Below are positions 47,728-56,231 of a DNA stretch of 56,425 bases, piece by piece. The notes beneath the pieces were generated by a model. It worked only from the letters and a program-made list of their open reading frames with translations, ran no database searches and was not told the origin of the DNA. A program made the position numbers and the translations under genes. Position 1 is the first letter of the stretch; each line of letters starts with the position of its first letter. Location of the stretch: the IMG/VR virus record IMGVR_UViG_3300032212_000010, positions 1 to 56,425 of that record; one strand, 5' to 3'. The DNA is from a virus. Lineage: Duplodnaviria > Caudoviricetes.

Positions 47728-48096
47728 ATGAAGTTGATGAGCCTTGAGCAATATCAGAAAAACCGATTTATGCCCGGTAGCGCCCCAAGCACCCGCACCC
47801 TGCGCAGCTGGATTGAAAGCGGCGAGTTAACCGGGGTTAAGCGCGGGAAATGCTATTTCGTGGATATTGAGGCTGAAAACAAACGATTAAGCCCACACAG
47901 TCAATTAATGGGCCTGCCTGAGTATATTAAGGCGCGTTTTGTTGAGGGTAGCCAGCCGGATGTACGTACGGTGCGCAATTGGGTTGAAAATGACGATATA
48001 CCAGGCCTTCGCTATGGAAAGCTTTACTTCATTAATGTAACAAGCGAGTGTTGGGCCACAGGCAACCCACTCATGGATAAAGTACTGGCGGCATAA
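47728..48096 (+). CDS. xis: Excisionase with two tandem Xis-like domains
   Basis: LMSLEQY...RF..GSAPSTRTLRSWIESGEL..GKCYFV repeated as LMGLPEY...RF..GSQPDVRTVRNWVENDDI..GKLYFI; abuts int. Confidence 0.8.
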   Translation: MKLMSLEQYQKNRFMPGSAPSTRTLRSWIESGELTGVKRGKCYFVDIEAENKRLSPHSQLMGLPEYIKARFVEGSQPDVRTVRNWVENDDIPGLRYGKLYFINVTSECWATGNPLMDKVLAA

Positions 48097-49299
48097 ATGG
48101 CACGACCTCGCACCCAAGGTAGACGCGATCTACCGGACAATCTGCATCCGGTTGTAAAAAACAGGATCACTTATTACAGTTATCGCAACCCTGACACCGG
48201 GGAGCGAACCGGCTTTGGAACAAATAAAAAACTCGCCGTCCTTGCAGCCAAACGCATGAACGCCCTGATTTACTCTGCCGATGATCGGGTCTTACAGCTG
48301 GTGAATTTAGCCCAGCAGCCAGTTGAGCTACGCCAGACAAAAACACAGGCCGATACCCTGTTCACGGATTATCTGGATCACTTTAACACCACCGTTCTTC
48401 CCAAACGACGCAACCGTAAAGGTCAGCCGCTTTCACCTAAAACCCTGCAGGATTATGCCAACCAGATTGAGCACCTAAAAAACAGTCAACTGGGGGCGAT
48501 GTCAATTGGGTTTATCGGCTCAAACACCCATAGCCGTGAAGCCCGAAAAGCCATTAACCAATATTTAAATCAATTCCCGGACACCTCTTCTAATCGTCGC
48601 CGGGGTTTAATGATTCAAATTCTGAAACAGGCGATAGGGGATGGTGAATGTGACCGCAATAATGCGGATGACACCATTAAGAAAACCGAAGAGATTAAGC
48701 GCCAGCGCCTGCCGTTGGCGGCCTTCCAACAGATTTATGAGACTGCTGCCCCATGGTACAAAAATGTACTGGACTTAGCCTTGCAGACACTACAGCGCCG
48801 GGAAGATTTAGTGGTGATGGAATTTGCACAGATTGAGAATGCACAGCTGCGTTTTGTACAAATTAAAACCGGTCGAGCGATGGCGATTAATATTGGGCCA
48901 GAGCTGGATAGCATTATTAAACGGTGTCGGGATAATATTCCCTCTCCCTATCTTATCCATTACAAGCCGATCAAAGCCACCCGCACCCAACTGGACTCGA
49001 AGAATCATTGGACATCGATAACAGAGGATAAAGCGACTAAGCATTTTAGTACGTTGCGCGATACGCTGGGGCTGTTTGATGAACTGGAGCCTCGGGAGCG
49101 GCCTTCGTTTCATGAGATACGAGCCTTGGGGGCTGATTTGTATCGGGAGGCTGGGTGGGCGGAGGAAGCTATTCAGCAGCTGCTGGGGCATGCTGATGCT
49201 AAGATGACGCAGGTTTATTTGGATCGGCATCGTAGGGATGCAGTTGAATATAATGTTGTAGATTCTGGTTTAAAGACATTAACAAAACAAACAACCTAA
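48097..49299 (+). CDS. int: Tyrosine integrase, lambda Int type
   Basis: Arm-binding N-domain (LPDNL...YYSYRNPDTG...G); catalytic QRRED, QIKTG, FHEIRALG, LLGH, Y. Confidence 0.95.
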   Translation: MARPRTQGRRDLPDNLHPVVKNRITYYSYRNPDTGERTGFGTNKKLAVLAAKRMNALIYSADDRVLQLVNLAQQPVELRQTKTQADTLFTDYLDHFNTTVLPKRRNRKGQPLSPKTLQDYANQIEHLKNSQLGAMSIGFIGSNTHSREARKAINQYLNQFPDTSSNRRRGLMIQILKQAIGDGECDRNNADDTIKKTEEIKRQRLPLAAFQQIYETAAPWYKNVLDLALQTLQRREDLVVMEFAQIENAQLRFVQIKTGRAMAINIGPELDSIIKRCRDNIPSPYLIHYKPIKATRTQLDSKNHWTSITEDKATKHFSTLRDTLGLFDELEPRERPSFHEIRALGADLYREAGWAEEAIQQLLGHADAKMTQVYLDRHRRDAVEYNVVDSGLKTLTKQTT

Positions 49300-49313
49300 T
49301 AATCACACTAGCG

Positions 49314-49823
49314 CTACTTATCTATGTCCACTTGAAAATCATAATCACCCGATTTTATTTTTTTTTGAGTAGCTTTAAAAAAACGTTCTGGCGGAGTAAG
49401 ACTATGCTTACGAATAGAATCTTGCTCATCCATAAGAGATATTACCTCCTTCTCAAATTCCTCAATACTTTTGCATGAAAAAATATTACCCGCAATTCTA
49501 AAACGATCTTGTAGATGCTTAAATGCAGCAGCTGATTCAGCCACACGACCAATATCTACATCTAATTTTAACGCTTCATATATTGCTGGAATTAGAGACG
49601 CTAAAAGAGCAAAAGATGCTGCTAGAAACTTTAAATTAGTATTACCTGAATCTACCAATATTGACCATGTAGCTAATCCTCCAAAAATAATAGGTAAAAC
49701 AATTAGTGCTTTTTTCCAAAACCTAATTGACCTTAACCAAATATAAAAAATAGTAGAAGTATACTTACATGACTCTTCCTGCCTTAAGCATTCATCAATA
49801 AGCCTTTCAAATCGTTTGTCCAT
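49314..49823 (-). CDS. SLATT-family 2-TM effector
   Basis: Two TM helices then a helical tail (A..FK.L.DRFR); overlaps the nucleotidyltransferase stop region. Confidence 0.75.
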   Translation of the reverse strand: MDKRFERLIDECLRQEESCKYTSTIFYIWLRSIRFWKKALIVLPIIFGGLATWSILVDSGNTNLKFLAASFALLASLIPAIYEALKLDVDIGRVAESAAAFKHLQDRFRIAGNIFSCKSIEEFEKEVISLMDEQDSIRKHSLTPPERFFKATQKKIKSGDYDFQVDIDK

Positions 49824-50707
49824 ACCACTTCCATCTGAATTTGATTACCAAATATTAATTGCCACTGTTCGCTCGCGAGTTTAATCATATCTAAATACTC
49901 ATATTCGCATGCTTTTTCTGCCCGATAATAAGCAGTAACAACTTGAGATTGCCAATTATCTCCAAGACTTATTAACTCACCAGTTCCTGGCACCACTACG
50001 CATTTATCTGCTTTATTATAAAGAAATACCAAAAAATCCCTAACCATCCAATCATAATAAAAAGCCGTTTCCTTGCGATACTTATACTGCCTCAAAAACT
50101 CCACTGCAATTAATTCTATATAAAAAGATTTTAATGGAACGTTACAATTTCTTTTCCAGCATTTCATCATTTTTATAAGAGGGATTAAGTTATTTGCACA
50201 CTCTGAATCTACACTAGATATAATATTGTATTCTGCTGCAGGATCAGCAGTTATGTAACTACCTCCATTCCGAGTATTACACAAAAAATAAGCCCCAGAT
50301 GTAAGCTCAAATACTGGAATCAGCTCAACATTCTGACTTTTAAAATTAATAGCCACTACTGGCCCGTCGCCCCTAATATCAGTGCTTGGGTATGCCGGTA
50401 GTAATAGGCTTTTCACTTCCTGCAAAAGACTTGATTGCTTATTACCTGCTCGGATTTGGTATCGATGATATACAGATATGGGCAATTTAAAATAAAGATC
50501 AATGTCTCCTGTAGGACGTATTTTTGTCTTTTTAAGCCATGACCCTGCAAAAAAAGCAGTATTATTAATATCAGCACTTCCATAATAATACTTATTCAAC
50601 ACATTAATTACGCCTAAAGCATGCCTGGATCCTTCATTTTCTTGTACATCAGTGTAGTTTAAATTTGCAATAAACGAATCAAACCTTCTTTTTACACCAA
50701 TCCACAT
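49784..50707 (-). CDS. CD-NTase / SMODS nucleotidyltransferase
   Basis: GSWLKKTKIRPTGDIDL; QSSLLQEVK; VELIPVF; LIKMMKCWK...LKSFYIEL. Confidence 0.88.
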   Translation of the reverse strand: MWIGVKRRFDSFIANLNYTDVQENEGSRHALGVINVLNKYYYGSADINNTAFFAGSWLKKTKIRPTGDIDLYFKLPISVYHRYQIRAGNKQSSLLQEVKSLLLPAYPSTDIRGDGPVVAINFKSQNVELIPVFELTSGAYFLCNTRNGGSYITADPAAEYNIISSVDSECANNLIPLIKMMKCWKRNCNVPLKSFYIELIAVEFLRQYKYRKETAFYYDWMVRDFLVFLYNKADKCVVVPGTGELISLGDNWQSQVVTAYYRAEKACEYEYLDMIKLASEQWQLIFGNQIQMEVVWTNDLKGLLMNA

Positions 50708-50871
50708 ACTTTACTCCCATATATAAGCAAAACAAATCATACTCAACAACCAAATAAAAGCCAATGACTACCATATGGTGTGGTTTTGACATATTTAAAC
50801 CCCTATATGCAAAATAAATGAAAAATAATGACGAATTTTAGAAATATTAAAATAAACCCAAATTAAATCCA

Positions 50872-52395
50872 TTAATCCTCAGCGACAGGCCCGAACTCAC
50901 CTATCAATTTCGCATCCCCAATATCTGATGAATCGATAGAAGGCGAGGAAAGCACAACTGGAACAGTGCTTTCGCCATCTTGAACATTAAAAACCACATC
51001 CCCATCATTCACAGCATCTATAAAAGCCTCACTCTCAACAACTTCACGCTTGCTTACCATTTTAGGTGCCGATGGCTCCCATTTACTGAGATGCTGCACG
51101 ATACCCATATAATAATCCGTCAACATCTGCTCTATAATTTCGACAAATTTTCTGGGTGAAGAAAATTTCTTACTAAAGTCTTTCAGGTAAATAATTTTAA
51201 ATTCACGAATCTCCCTACCTTTCAGTCTTTCACCTGCATTTACAAAATCATCAATCGAAAATCGCTCAGCCACAGGACTCTTTTTGATTAATACCTCCAG
51301 ATAAATCTCTTTCACAAGCTCAGACAGTAAGGCGTCATTCTTTTTCACACAGGTATCCAGCTGCCGTTTAAGCCACCCTAGCTGACCTTTTAGTGTTTTA
51401 TCTTCAGGTGATTTTAGAGATACACTCATTTCTATCGTCCGTTTTTCAAATAAGGGCTGCACCTGAATATCTGATGCAGCGCCTCTTACACGCAGCACTG
51501 ATGACAACTGCTTAATCGATACCAATTCTTTACAGTCAGATTTTAGCCTCTCATCCAGCTTCCCTTTAAACTTTGTTGCTCCAGATTGCACCAGAACACC
51601 CAGTTTGCGACTCAAGAGTAGAGCCATATCACGTTCCTCTTGCTGCCAGCTTAATACAGCCTCCTGGACACACTCATCGGTAGCTTTAAGGCTTGCACCG
51701 GCATTAATCTTATCAACTACATCGACCCAGCCTGCCTTCATTTGGTTGAGACCAAAAACACCTGATTTATCCCACTCAAGGTAATTGACTACCTCTCGCA
51801 TAATCTCAACCTGATCTTCATCCTCTATTGCGGCATCCCCCTCGAACAACAACACATGCGCAATAGTTAGGAGATATGTCCATGAGAAGTGATGCATCTC
51901 CAGCCCGCGAATATTTTTAATGCTCACGGGTGACTGTGTGCTATCTGAAACAAACTGATTTGATATAGTAATAAATTTAGGGATAGCGTATTTTTTTGCT
52001 ATCTGTTGATAACGTTCAAGCTGCTCTTTTTCGAGTTCATTTTTGCCATTCTTAACTTCAACAATAGCAGCATCACGAATCGTGCCGGATTTAACAACTA
52101 AGATTAGCCCATCAATGCGAGAATCTGGAAAATCTTTAAATTCCACCTCGGAATAAACATATAGTGTTCCGCCAATTTGCATTTTTGCCTCTGACAGCAA
52201 GGCCTGTTTGAACTCCTTAACTAGCCGTATTGATGACAATAGCACCGAAGTAAGAGCCATTTCATCACCTAGCTTATAAACTGGGATGAGGCGGGGTTTT
52301 CTCAAACTAATTTCTTTTGAAACAATTAATTGATTAAATTCAGATTTTTTTAGCCCAATTAATTTACCTATTTTCTTCTGCACTAGATCAACCAC
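50872..52395 (-). CDS. PD-(D/E)XK nuclease-like protein
   Basis: YSEVEF...RIDGLI...AIVEVKNGKNEL..EQLERY...ITISNQ; AAGGAG SD before GTG. Confidence 0.65.
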   Translation of the reverse strand: MVDLVQKKIGKLIGLKKSEFNQLIVSKEISLRKPRLIPVYKLGDEMALTSVLLSSIRLVKEFKQALLSEAKMQIGGTLYVYSEVEFKDFPDSRIDGLILVVKSGTIRDAAIVEVKNGKNELEKEQLERYQQIAKKYAIPKFITISNQFVSDSTQSPVSIKNIRGLEMHHFSWTYLLTIAHVLLFEGDAAIEDEDQVEIMREVVNYLEWDKSGVFGLNQMKAGWVDVVDKINAGASLKATDECVQEAVLSWQQEERDMALLLSRKLGVLVQSGATKFKGKLDERLKSDCKELVSIKQLSSVLRVRGAASDIQVQPLFEKRTIEMSVSLKSPEDKTLKGQLGWLKRQLDTCVKKNDALLSELVKEIYLEVLIKKSPVAERFSIDDFVNAGERLKGREIREFKIIYLKDFSKKFSSPRKFVEIIEQMLTDYYMGIVQHLSKWEPSAPKMVSKREVVESEAFIDAVNDGDVVFNVQDGESTVPVVLSSPSIDSSDIGDAKLIGEFGPVAED

Positions 52396-52716
52396 GCTCC
52401 ATTCTCCTTATCATTTTAGTTTTGAGGCTAGAGTTGTGAATTATCCAGCCGAATCATTCAACAATGATTAAATCAAGATAAAAATACAGCATCCGCTCTA
52501 TCCAACACAAGCATTAAAATCTACATTTTTTCATTACTTTATTAACAACCTCTAATGCTATTAACATATCTTTGTTCTCTCGACCTTTAAAACTAACAAT
52601 AACCAAGCAAAGTAAAGCCCATGATGTTATCCATATCTGATTTATTAATTTTCTTGCATACTACAATAATCACCTCATAATAATGCGTATATTTTTTCGC
52701 AAGGGAGAGCAGTAGA

Positions 52717-53241
52717 ATGCTAGCAACACATATTGATGCAGAACAACGCTACACAAAACTTCGTAAAATGGCACTCGACACAGCCCAACGTACATTCCAA
52801 AGTGCAGGCAATCAGAACATTACCGCCTCAGCTATTACGCCTATGGCGCTATCCGCATCTAAGCTGTGGGGTCAATCCCCTAGCCGGCAGGTTGATTGGG
52901 ACTGGTTTGAAGGATATAACGCATTTAAATTCAGATACCCTAAACGCTTTGAGATTGCCCTGTGGGAAACGAACAAGCTTATTGGACTATCTATGGGCAG
53001 GCCAACCTATCATGGCACGGCATTAAGGCTGGACGTGGTTGAAGCTTCTCCACCAGATTTAGGGGATAGACCACCAATATTCGATATGATATTAGTCGCG
53101 TATGGAATATATGCGCGCTTTATCAATGCTTCTGAAATAAGAATAATGAACCCAATCAATGATGACGTGAAACATTATTATGAAAGCTTTGGATATACCT
53201 ATGTTGACAAGAAAGATTATCTATTTCGAGAGGTTCTGTAA
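52717..53241 (+). CDS. GNAT-fold-like protein, module B
   Basis: RFEIALW...LIGLSMGRPT...LRLDVVEASP...YARFINASEIRIMNPIN...YYESFGY. Confidence 0.65.
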   Translation: MLATHIDAEQRYTKLRKMALDTAQRTFQSAGNQNITASAITPMALSASKLWGQSPSRQVDWDWFEGYNAFKFRYPKRFEIALWETNKLIGLSMGRPTYHGTALRLDVVEASPPDLGDRPPIFDMILVAYGIYARFINASEIRIMNPINDDVKHYYESFGYTYVDKKDYLFREVL

Positions 53242-53438
53242 TGAATAACATAACCGATCTTAAAAAAGCTCAAAAGAAAAAACGTGAGAAAACGGGCTGG
53301 ACACAGGAAGAAATTGAACAAATGGCGGCAAAGGAAATGCAGGAACATAAGAAAAAAGCTGAAAATGAACCTGAACAGCTCGTTTCGGGTGATATGCAAA
53401 AAATTATCGACGGAGATGATGATGAAGAAAACAAATAA
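53241..53438 (+). CDS. Microprotein 1 of GNAT module B (charged, 65 aa)
   Basis: TAATG coupling to the GNAT-like gene; ends IDGDDDEENK. Confidence 0.65.
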   Translation: MNNITDLKKAQKKKREKTGWTQEEIEQMAAKEMQEHKKKAENEPEQLVSGDMQKIIDGDDDEENK

Positions 53439-53583
53439 TAAACCTATGCTAGACCATGAAAAACAAAGCCAGCCGCTTGCCGGTGAGACCTCTCCTGAGG
53501 AGGCTCTCCTCAAAGCCAATATTTTTGCTGAACTAGAAAAGAAACAGCTTGAGACCAAAAAAACCAAAGCTGGGCAAAAGTAG
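53422..53583 (+). CDS. Microprotein 2 of GNAT module B
   Basis: GGAG (53412-53415) before ATG 53422, overlapping the previous gene end; alternative start 53446. Confidence 0.5.
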   Translation: MKKTNNKPMLDHEKQSQPLAGETSPEEALLKANIFAELEKKQLETKKTKAGQK

Positions 53584-53809
53584 CCATCATATTATTCTTT
53601 AAAATCAAATTCAGGGCGCTTTTTGCGCCTTATTTAGACTTACCCACATCTACCCCTTTAATACCAGCATTAAAAGCCTCTACAGCCCTTTAAGCACTAT
53701 ATATAAAACACCTGGCAAACAGCATCACAATTCAGGCAATAAAACACAGGCAATTGATCAAATAACAACCAGAAGAATAACCGGGAAACTGTTTTTAAGG
53801 AGTGGGGTT

Positions 53810-53838
53810 TTCAGAAAATATTCAGAAAGTATTCAGAA
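53810..53838 (+). repeat. Three tandem TTCAGAA repeats (11-bp period), probable Int arm-type sites
   Basis: At 53810, 53821, 53832; the same motif GTTTTCAGAATCA occurs in the other arm at 903-915 and 54048-54060. Confidence 0.65.
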
Positions 53839-53839
53839 T

Positions 53840-53880
53840 CAGTTACCGCTAATATAGACAAAAGCGGTAACTGCTTGATT
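53840..53880 (-). terminator. Hairpin after the tRNA 3' end, overlapping an IHF consensus
   Basis: CAGTTACCGCT/AGCGGTAACTG 11-bp stem; AATCAA-GCAG-TTA on the minus strand at 53868-53880. Confidence 0.55.
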
Positions 53881-53893
53881 CTAAACATAAATA

Positions 53894-53939
53894 TGGTGCC
53901 GGCACCATGAGTCGAACACGGGACCTACTGATTACAAGT
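53894..53939 (-). pseudogene. Second tRNA-Thr(TGT) 3' half = att junction between tandem elements
   Basis: Identical to 750-795; again lacks the 5' half and is followed by phage-arm sequence. Confidence 0.92.
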
Positions 53940-54276
53940 TATGAGACGGGTCACTGCCAAGCCCTTGTAATCACTAACTAAACACCTTTAAAACTTTACT
54001 ATGAAAACTGCATTTCGAGTCGTTTAAAAACAATACGTTACACCACAGTTTTCAGAATCACTTCCGGCTATTGCTCTCCTTAGCGAGGGCGGATTCTATA
54101 ACCTCCTAAACACACGGTCAACCCCTTTTAACAACAAGCAAACACAATCATCAACAAGCCTTTGATTTAAAACGAAATATTTTTAATTCAAAGCTTGCTT
54201 CAATGACCAAATCAAGCGTTACTTTAGGCATTGAAAACAAGCCACATTTAACTACCACCTTACTAAGGAATAACCA

Positions 54277-54708
54277 ATGCCAATATCACAAGCACAGACC
54301 CGGATTCTTGAACTCGCTTACGCCAATAATGGATATTTTGATCCGTCCATGACACCCCTTCGAGGTGGCGCACTCAAAAAAGTCATCACCGCACTACAAA
54401 ACAAATCCCTACTAACGACCCAAACAAAACGCGGCTACCCCATTACAAACAAGGGTATCGAAACCCTTGGGATTCAGATCCAAAAACCAACTCCACGCAA
54501 TGCCCGAGAAGGCTCAAAAACCGCAAAGCTTATAAAAATGCTACAACGCAAAAATGGCGCGACCAACATACAGATACAGGACGCCTTTAACTGGCAGCCT
54601 CATTCGGTACGCAGCATGATTTCAGGAACACTGAAAAAGAAAATGGGATATGAGGTGATCACTGATATTAACAACTCAGGTAACTTTATTTACAGGATCG
54701 ACATTTAA
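54277..54708 (+). CDS. DUF3489 protein (paralogue of 1132-1563)
   Basis: Same length, same WQPHSVR motif. Confidence 0.8.
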   Translation: MPISQAQTRILELAYANNGYFDPSMTPLRGGALKKVITALQNKSLLTTQTKRGYPITNKGIETLGIQIQKPTPRNAREGSKTAKLIKMLQRKNGATNIQIQDAFNWQPHSVRSMISGTLKKKMGYEVITDINNSGNFIYRIDI

Positions 54709-54755
54709 TTACGTCTTAATAATAGTCAAACGATACCTGACAAGGATTTGCAATC

Positions 54756-55073
54756 ATGACTCAACACGCAATTGCCCCCTTATTCCCAGAACACGGATGG
54801 GAGGAAAGCAATAACCTGCTAGATACCTTTTTCTATCAGGAACTCACCCAGGCAGAATATCGCCGGTGCCATGAAAATGAAAGCATCACGCAGTCGGCAC
54901 AAATTATTCATGAAAACATGTTAAGTCGAATTTTAAACATACAGACGAAAGTGAACTCGCATAACGTAAAAACTTTTGCACCGGAACTAACACTCACCGA
55001 TAACATTTGTAAAACATTAAACCTGCCAAAACAAAATTTTACATCACGACATAACGAAATAATTTCACGCTAA
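54756..55073 (+). CDS. Hypothetical protein (paralogue of 1612-1941)
   Basis: Shared PLFPEHGWEESNNLLDTFFYQELT. Confidence 0.7.
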   Translation: MTQHAIAPLFPEHGWEESNNLLDTFFYQELTQAEYRRCHENESITQSAQIIHENMLSRILNIQTKVNSHNVKTFAPELTLTDNICKTLNLPKQNFTSRHNEIISR

Positions 55074-55227
55074 GACAGCGTTTGACAAATACAAATTTTA
55101 TTGACTACTATTGACGTGTTATTTTTTACGTTACTTAAATAACCGAACTAGTCCATAAATAAACGAAAATAAATAAACAAGAATAAACAAGCGAGGTAAT
55201 AAAGATGAAATTTCAATAATTAAATAG

Positions 55228-55299
55228 ACGCAAGTTCAAGGTGCGCTAACACCCTGAACCCACTAACCACCAACAACCTCTTAGGAGTTGCTCATGGCT
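55228..55299 (-). ncRNA. SymR-like element, copy 2
   Basis: Near-identical to 2074-2146 except in the loop of the SD hairpin. Confidence 0.5.
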
Positions 55300-55599
55300 A
55301 ATTGTAATATTACGTCACGAACCCCCATTGTCGGAAGCTTTTTTTCCACAATAGGTTATATCCCACCGGTGCCGACACGTTTTTGTGTTTCTCGGCCATT
55401 TTTACCCTCGATTCAATCGCTTAAATCCATGACTTACATGGAAACCCTGTGCGCGCAAGTGTTCATCCTGCCCACATCAATTAACGTCAATCCGGATAAC
55501 AGCCGATTACTGATCGAGGCCCTGTCCTTTGAAATACCATTGCGTTTGTCACTGTTGGAAAAAAGGCCGCCCTTGTTACTTGCGGCCCTTTCACCTTAA
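55294..55599 (+). CDS. Divergent SymE-like protein, copy 2
   Basis: Frame and length kept relative to 2141-2446. Confidence 0.4.
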   Translation: MANCNITSRTPIVGSFFSTIGYIPPVPTRFCVSRPFLPSIQSLKSMTYMETLCAQVFILPTSINVNPDNSRLLIEALSFEIPLRLSLLEKRPPLLLAALSP

Positions 55600-55672
55600 C
55601 CGGGCGATGTGTACGTAAAAACACATTAGCCAGGTGGTTGCTACCGACGCTTTTTACAAAGCGCCGGTTTCC
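55559..55672 (-). ncRNA. Candidate structured sRNA, copy 2
   Basis: Stems conserved with 2406-2519. Confidence 0.5.
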
Positions 55673-55703
55673 AATAATTGACAAACATTTCAGGGATAAC
55701 ACT

Positions 55704-55961
55704 ATGACGTTAAAAGATCGTTTTATCGAAGCGGTTAAAAACGGTGAGTTAGGCACCATGGACGATCAGGGCACCATGATCACATTGCAGGAATTTAGAG
55801 ACTATTTTTCCGATATTAAAACCCAGTACATCCTATCATTTTTACCCGCCGCGACCATTGAACCGGGGCAGCGCACCATGAGCCACACCAAGTTTGTGTT
55901 TAGGGTACGTAAGGGGGTTTATCGGGTGCATCCGGATGCGATTGATCACAAAACTGAATAA
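55704..55961 (+). CDS. Hypothetical protein (paralogue of 2551-2796)
   Basis: Near-identical up to GVYRVH. Confidence 0.7.
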   Translation: MTLKDRFIEAVKNGELGTMDDQGTMITLQEFRDYFSDIKTQYILSFLPAATIEPGQRTMSHTKFVFRVRKGVYRVHPDAIDHKTE

Positions 55962-56094
55962 TTTCCAGAGATATACCGATCTCCCACGCTTTTCGGCTTG
56001 CAGTTATGGGCTTTAACTGTTTATAGTACGCCACTGGACAAATGACAGATTGTAAAGTCATTTGCAAACACAAGGATTTGAAAGGAAACGCACT

Positions 56095-56211
56095 ATGTCT
56101 ATTTTTGGAGTATGCCTGTCAGTGATGATGATGGGCTTTATCATTTTATTCTGGATCATCAAACCACAGGCACCCATCGCCAATCCCCCTCATTCACATA
56201 ATAGAAACTAA
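56095..56211 (+). CDS. Small single-TM peptide (38 aa)
   Basis: AAAGGA SD; MSIFGVCLSVMMMGFIILFWIIKPQAPIANPPHSHNRN. Confidence 0.35.
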   Translation: MSIFGVCLSVMMMGFIILFWIIKPQAPIANPPHSHNRN

Positions 56212-56231
56212 GGCTATTACGTATTTTTAAT

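Larger units (their letters stand above)
750..53939. mobile_element. Temperate prophage (~53.1 kb), lambda-like head and Mu-like contractile tail, integrated in tRNA-Thr(TGT)
   Basis: Direct repeat 747-799 = 53891-53943 flanks integrase, Xis, replication, lysis, head and tail modules. Confidence 0.93.

Noticed and set aside
53284-53421. Upstream part of the 99-aa ORF in the track
   Set aside because: Overlaps microprotein 1 out of frame; the SD supports a start at 53422 or later
53891-55930. Assembly artefact duplicating the left arm
   Set aside because: Copies differ by many substitutions and indels with frames preserved, and lead into different cargo
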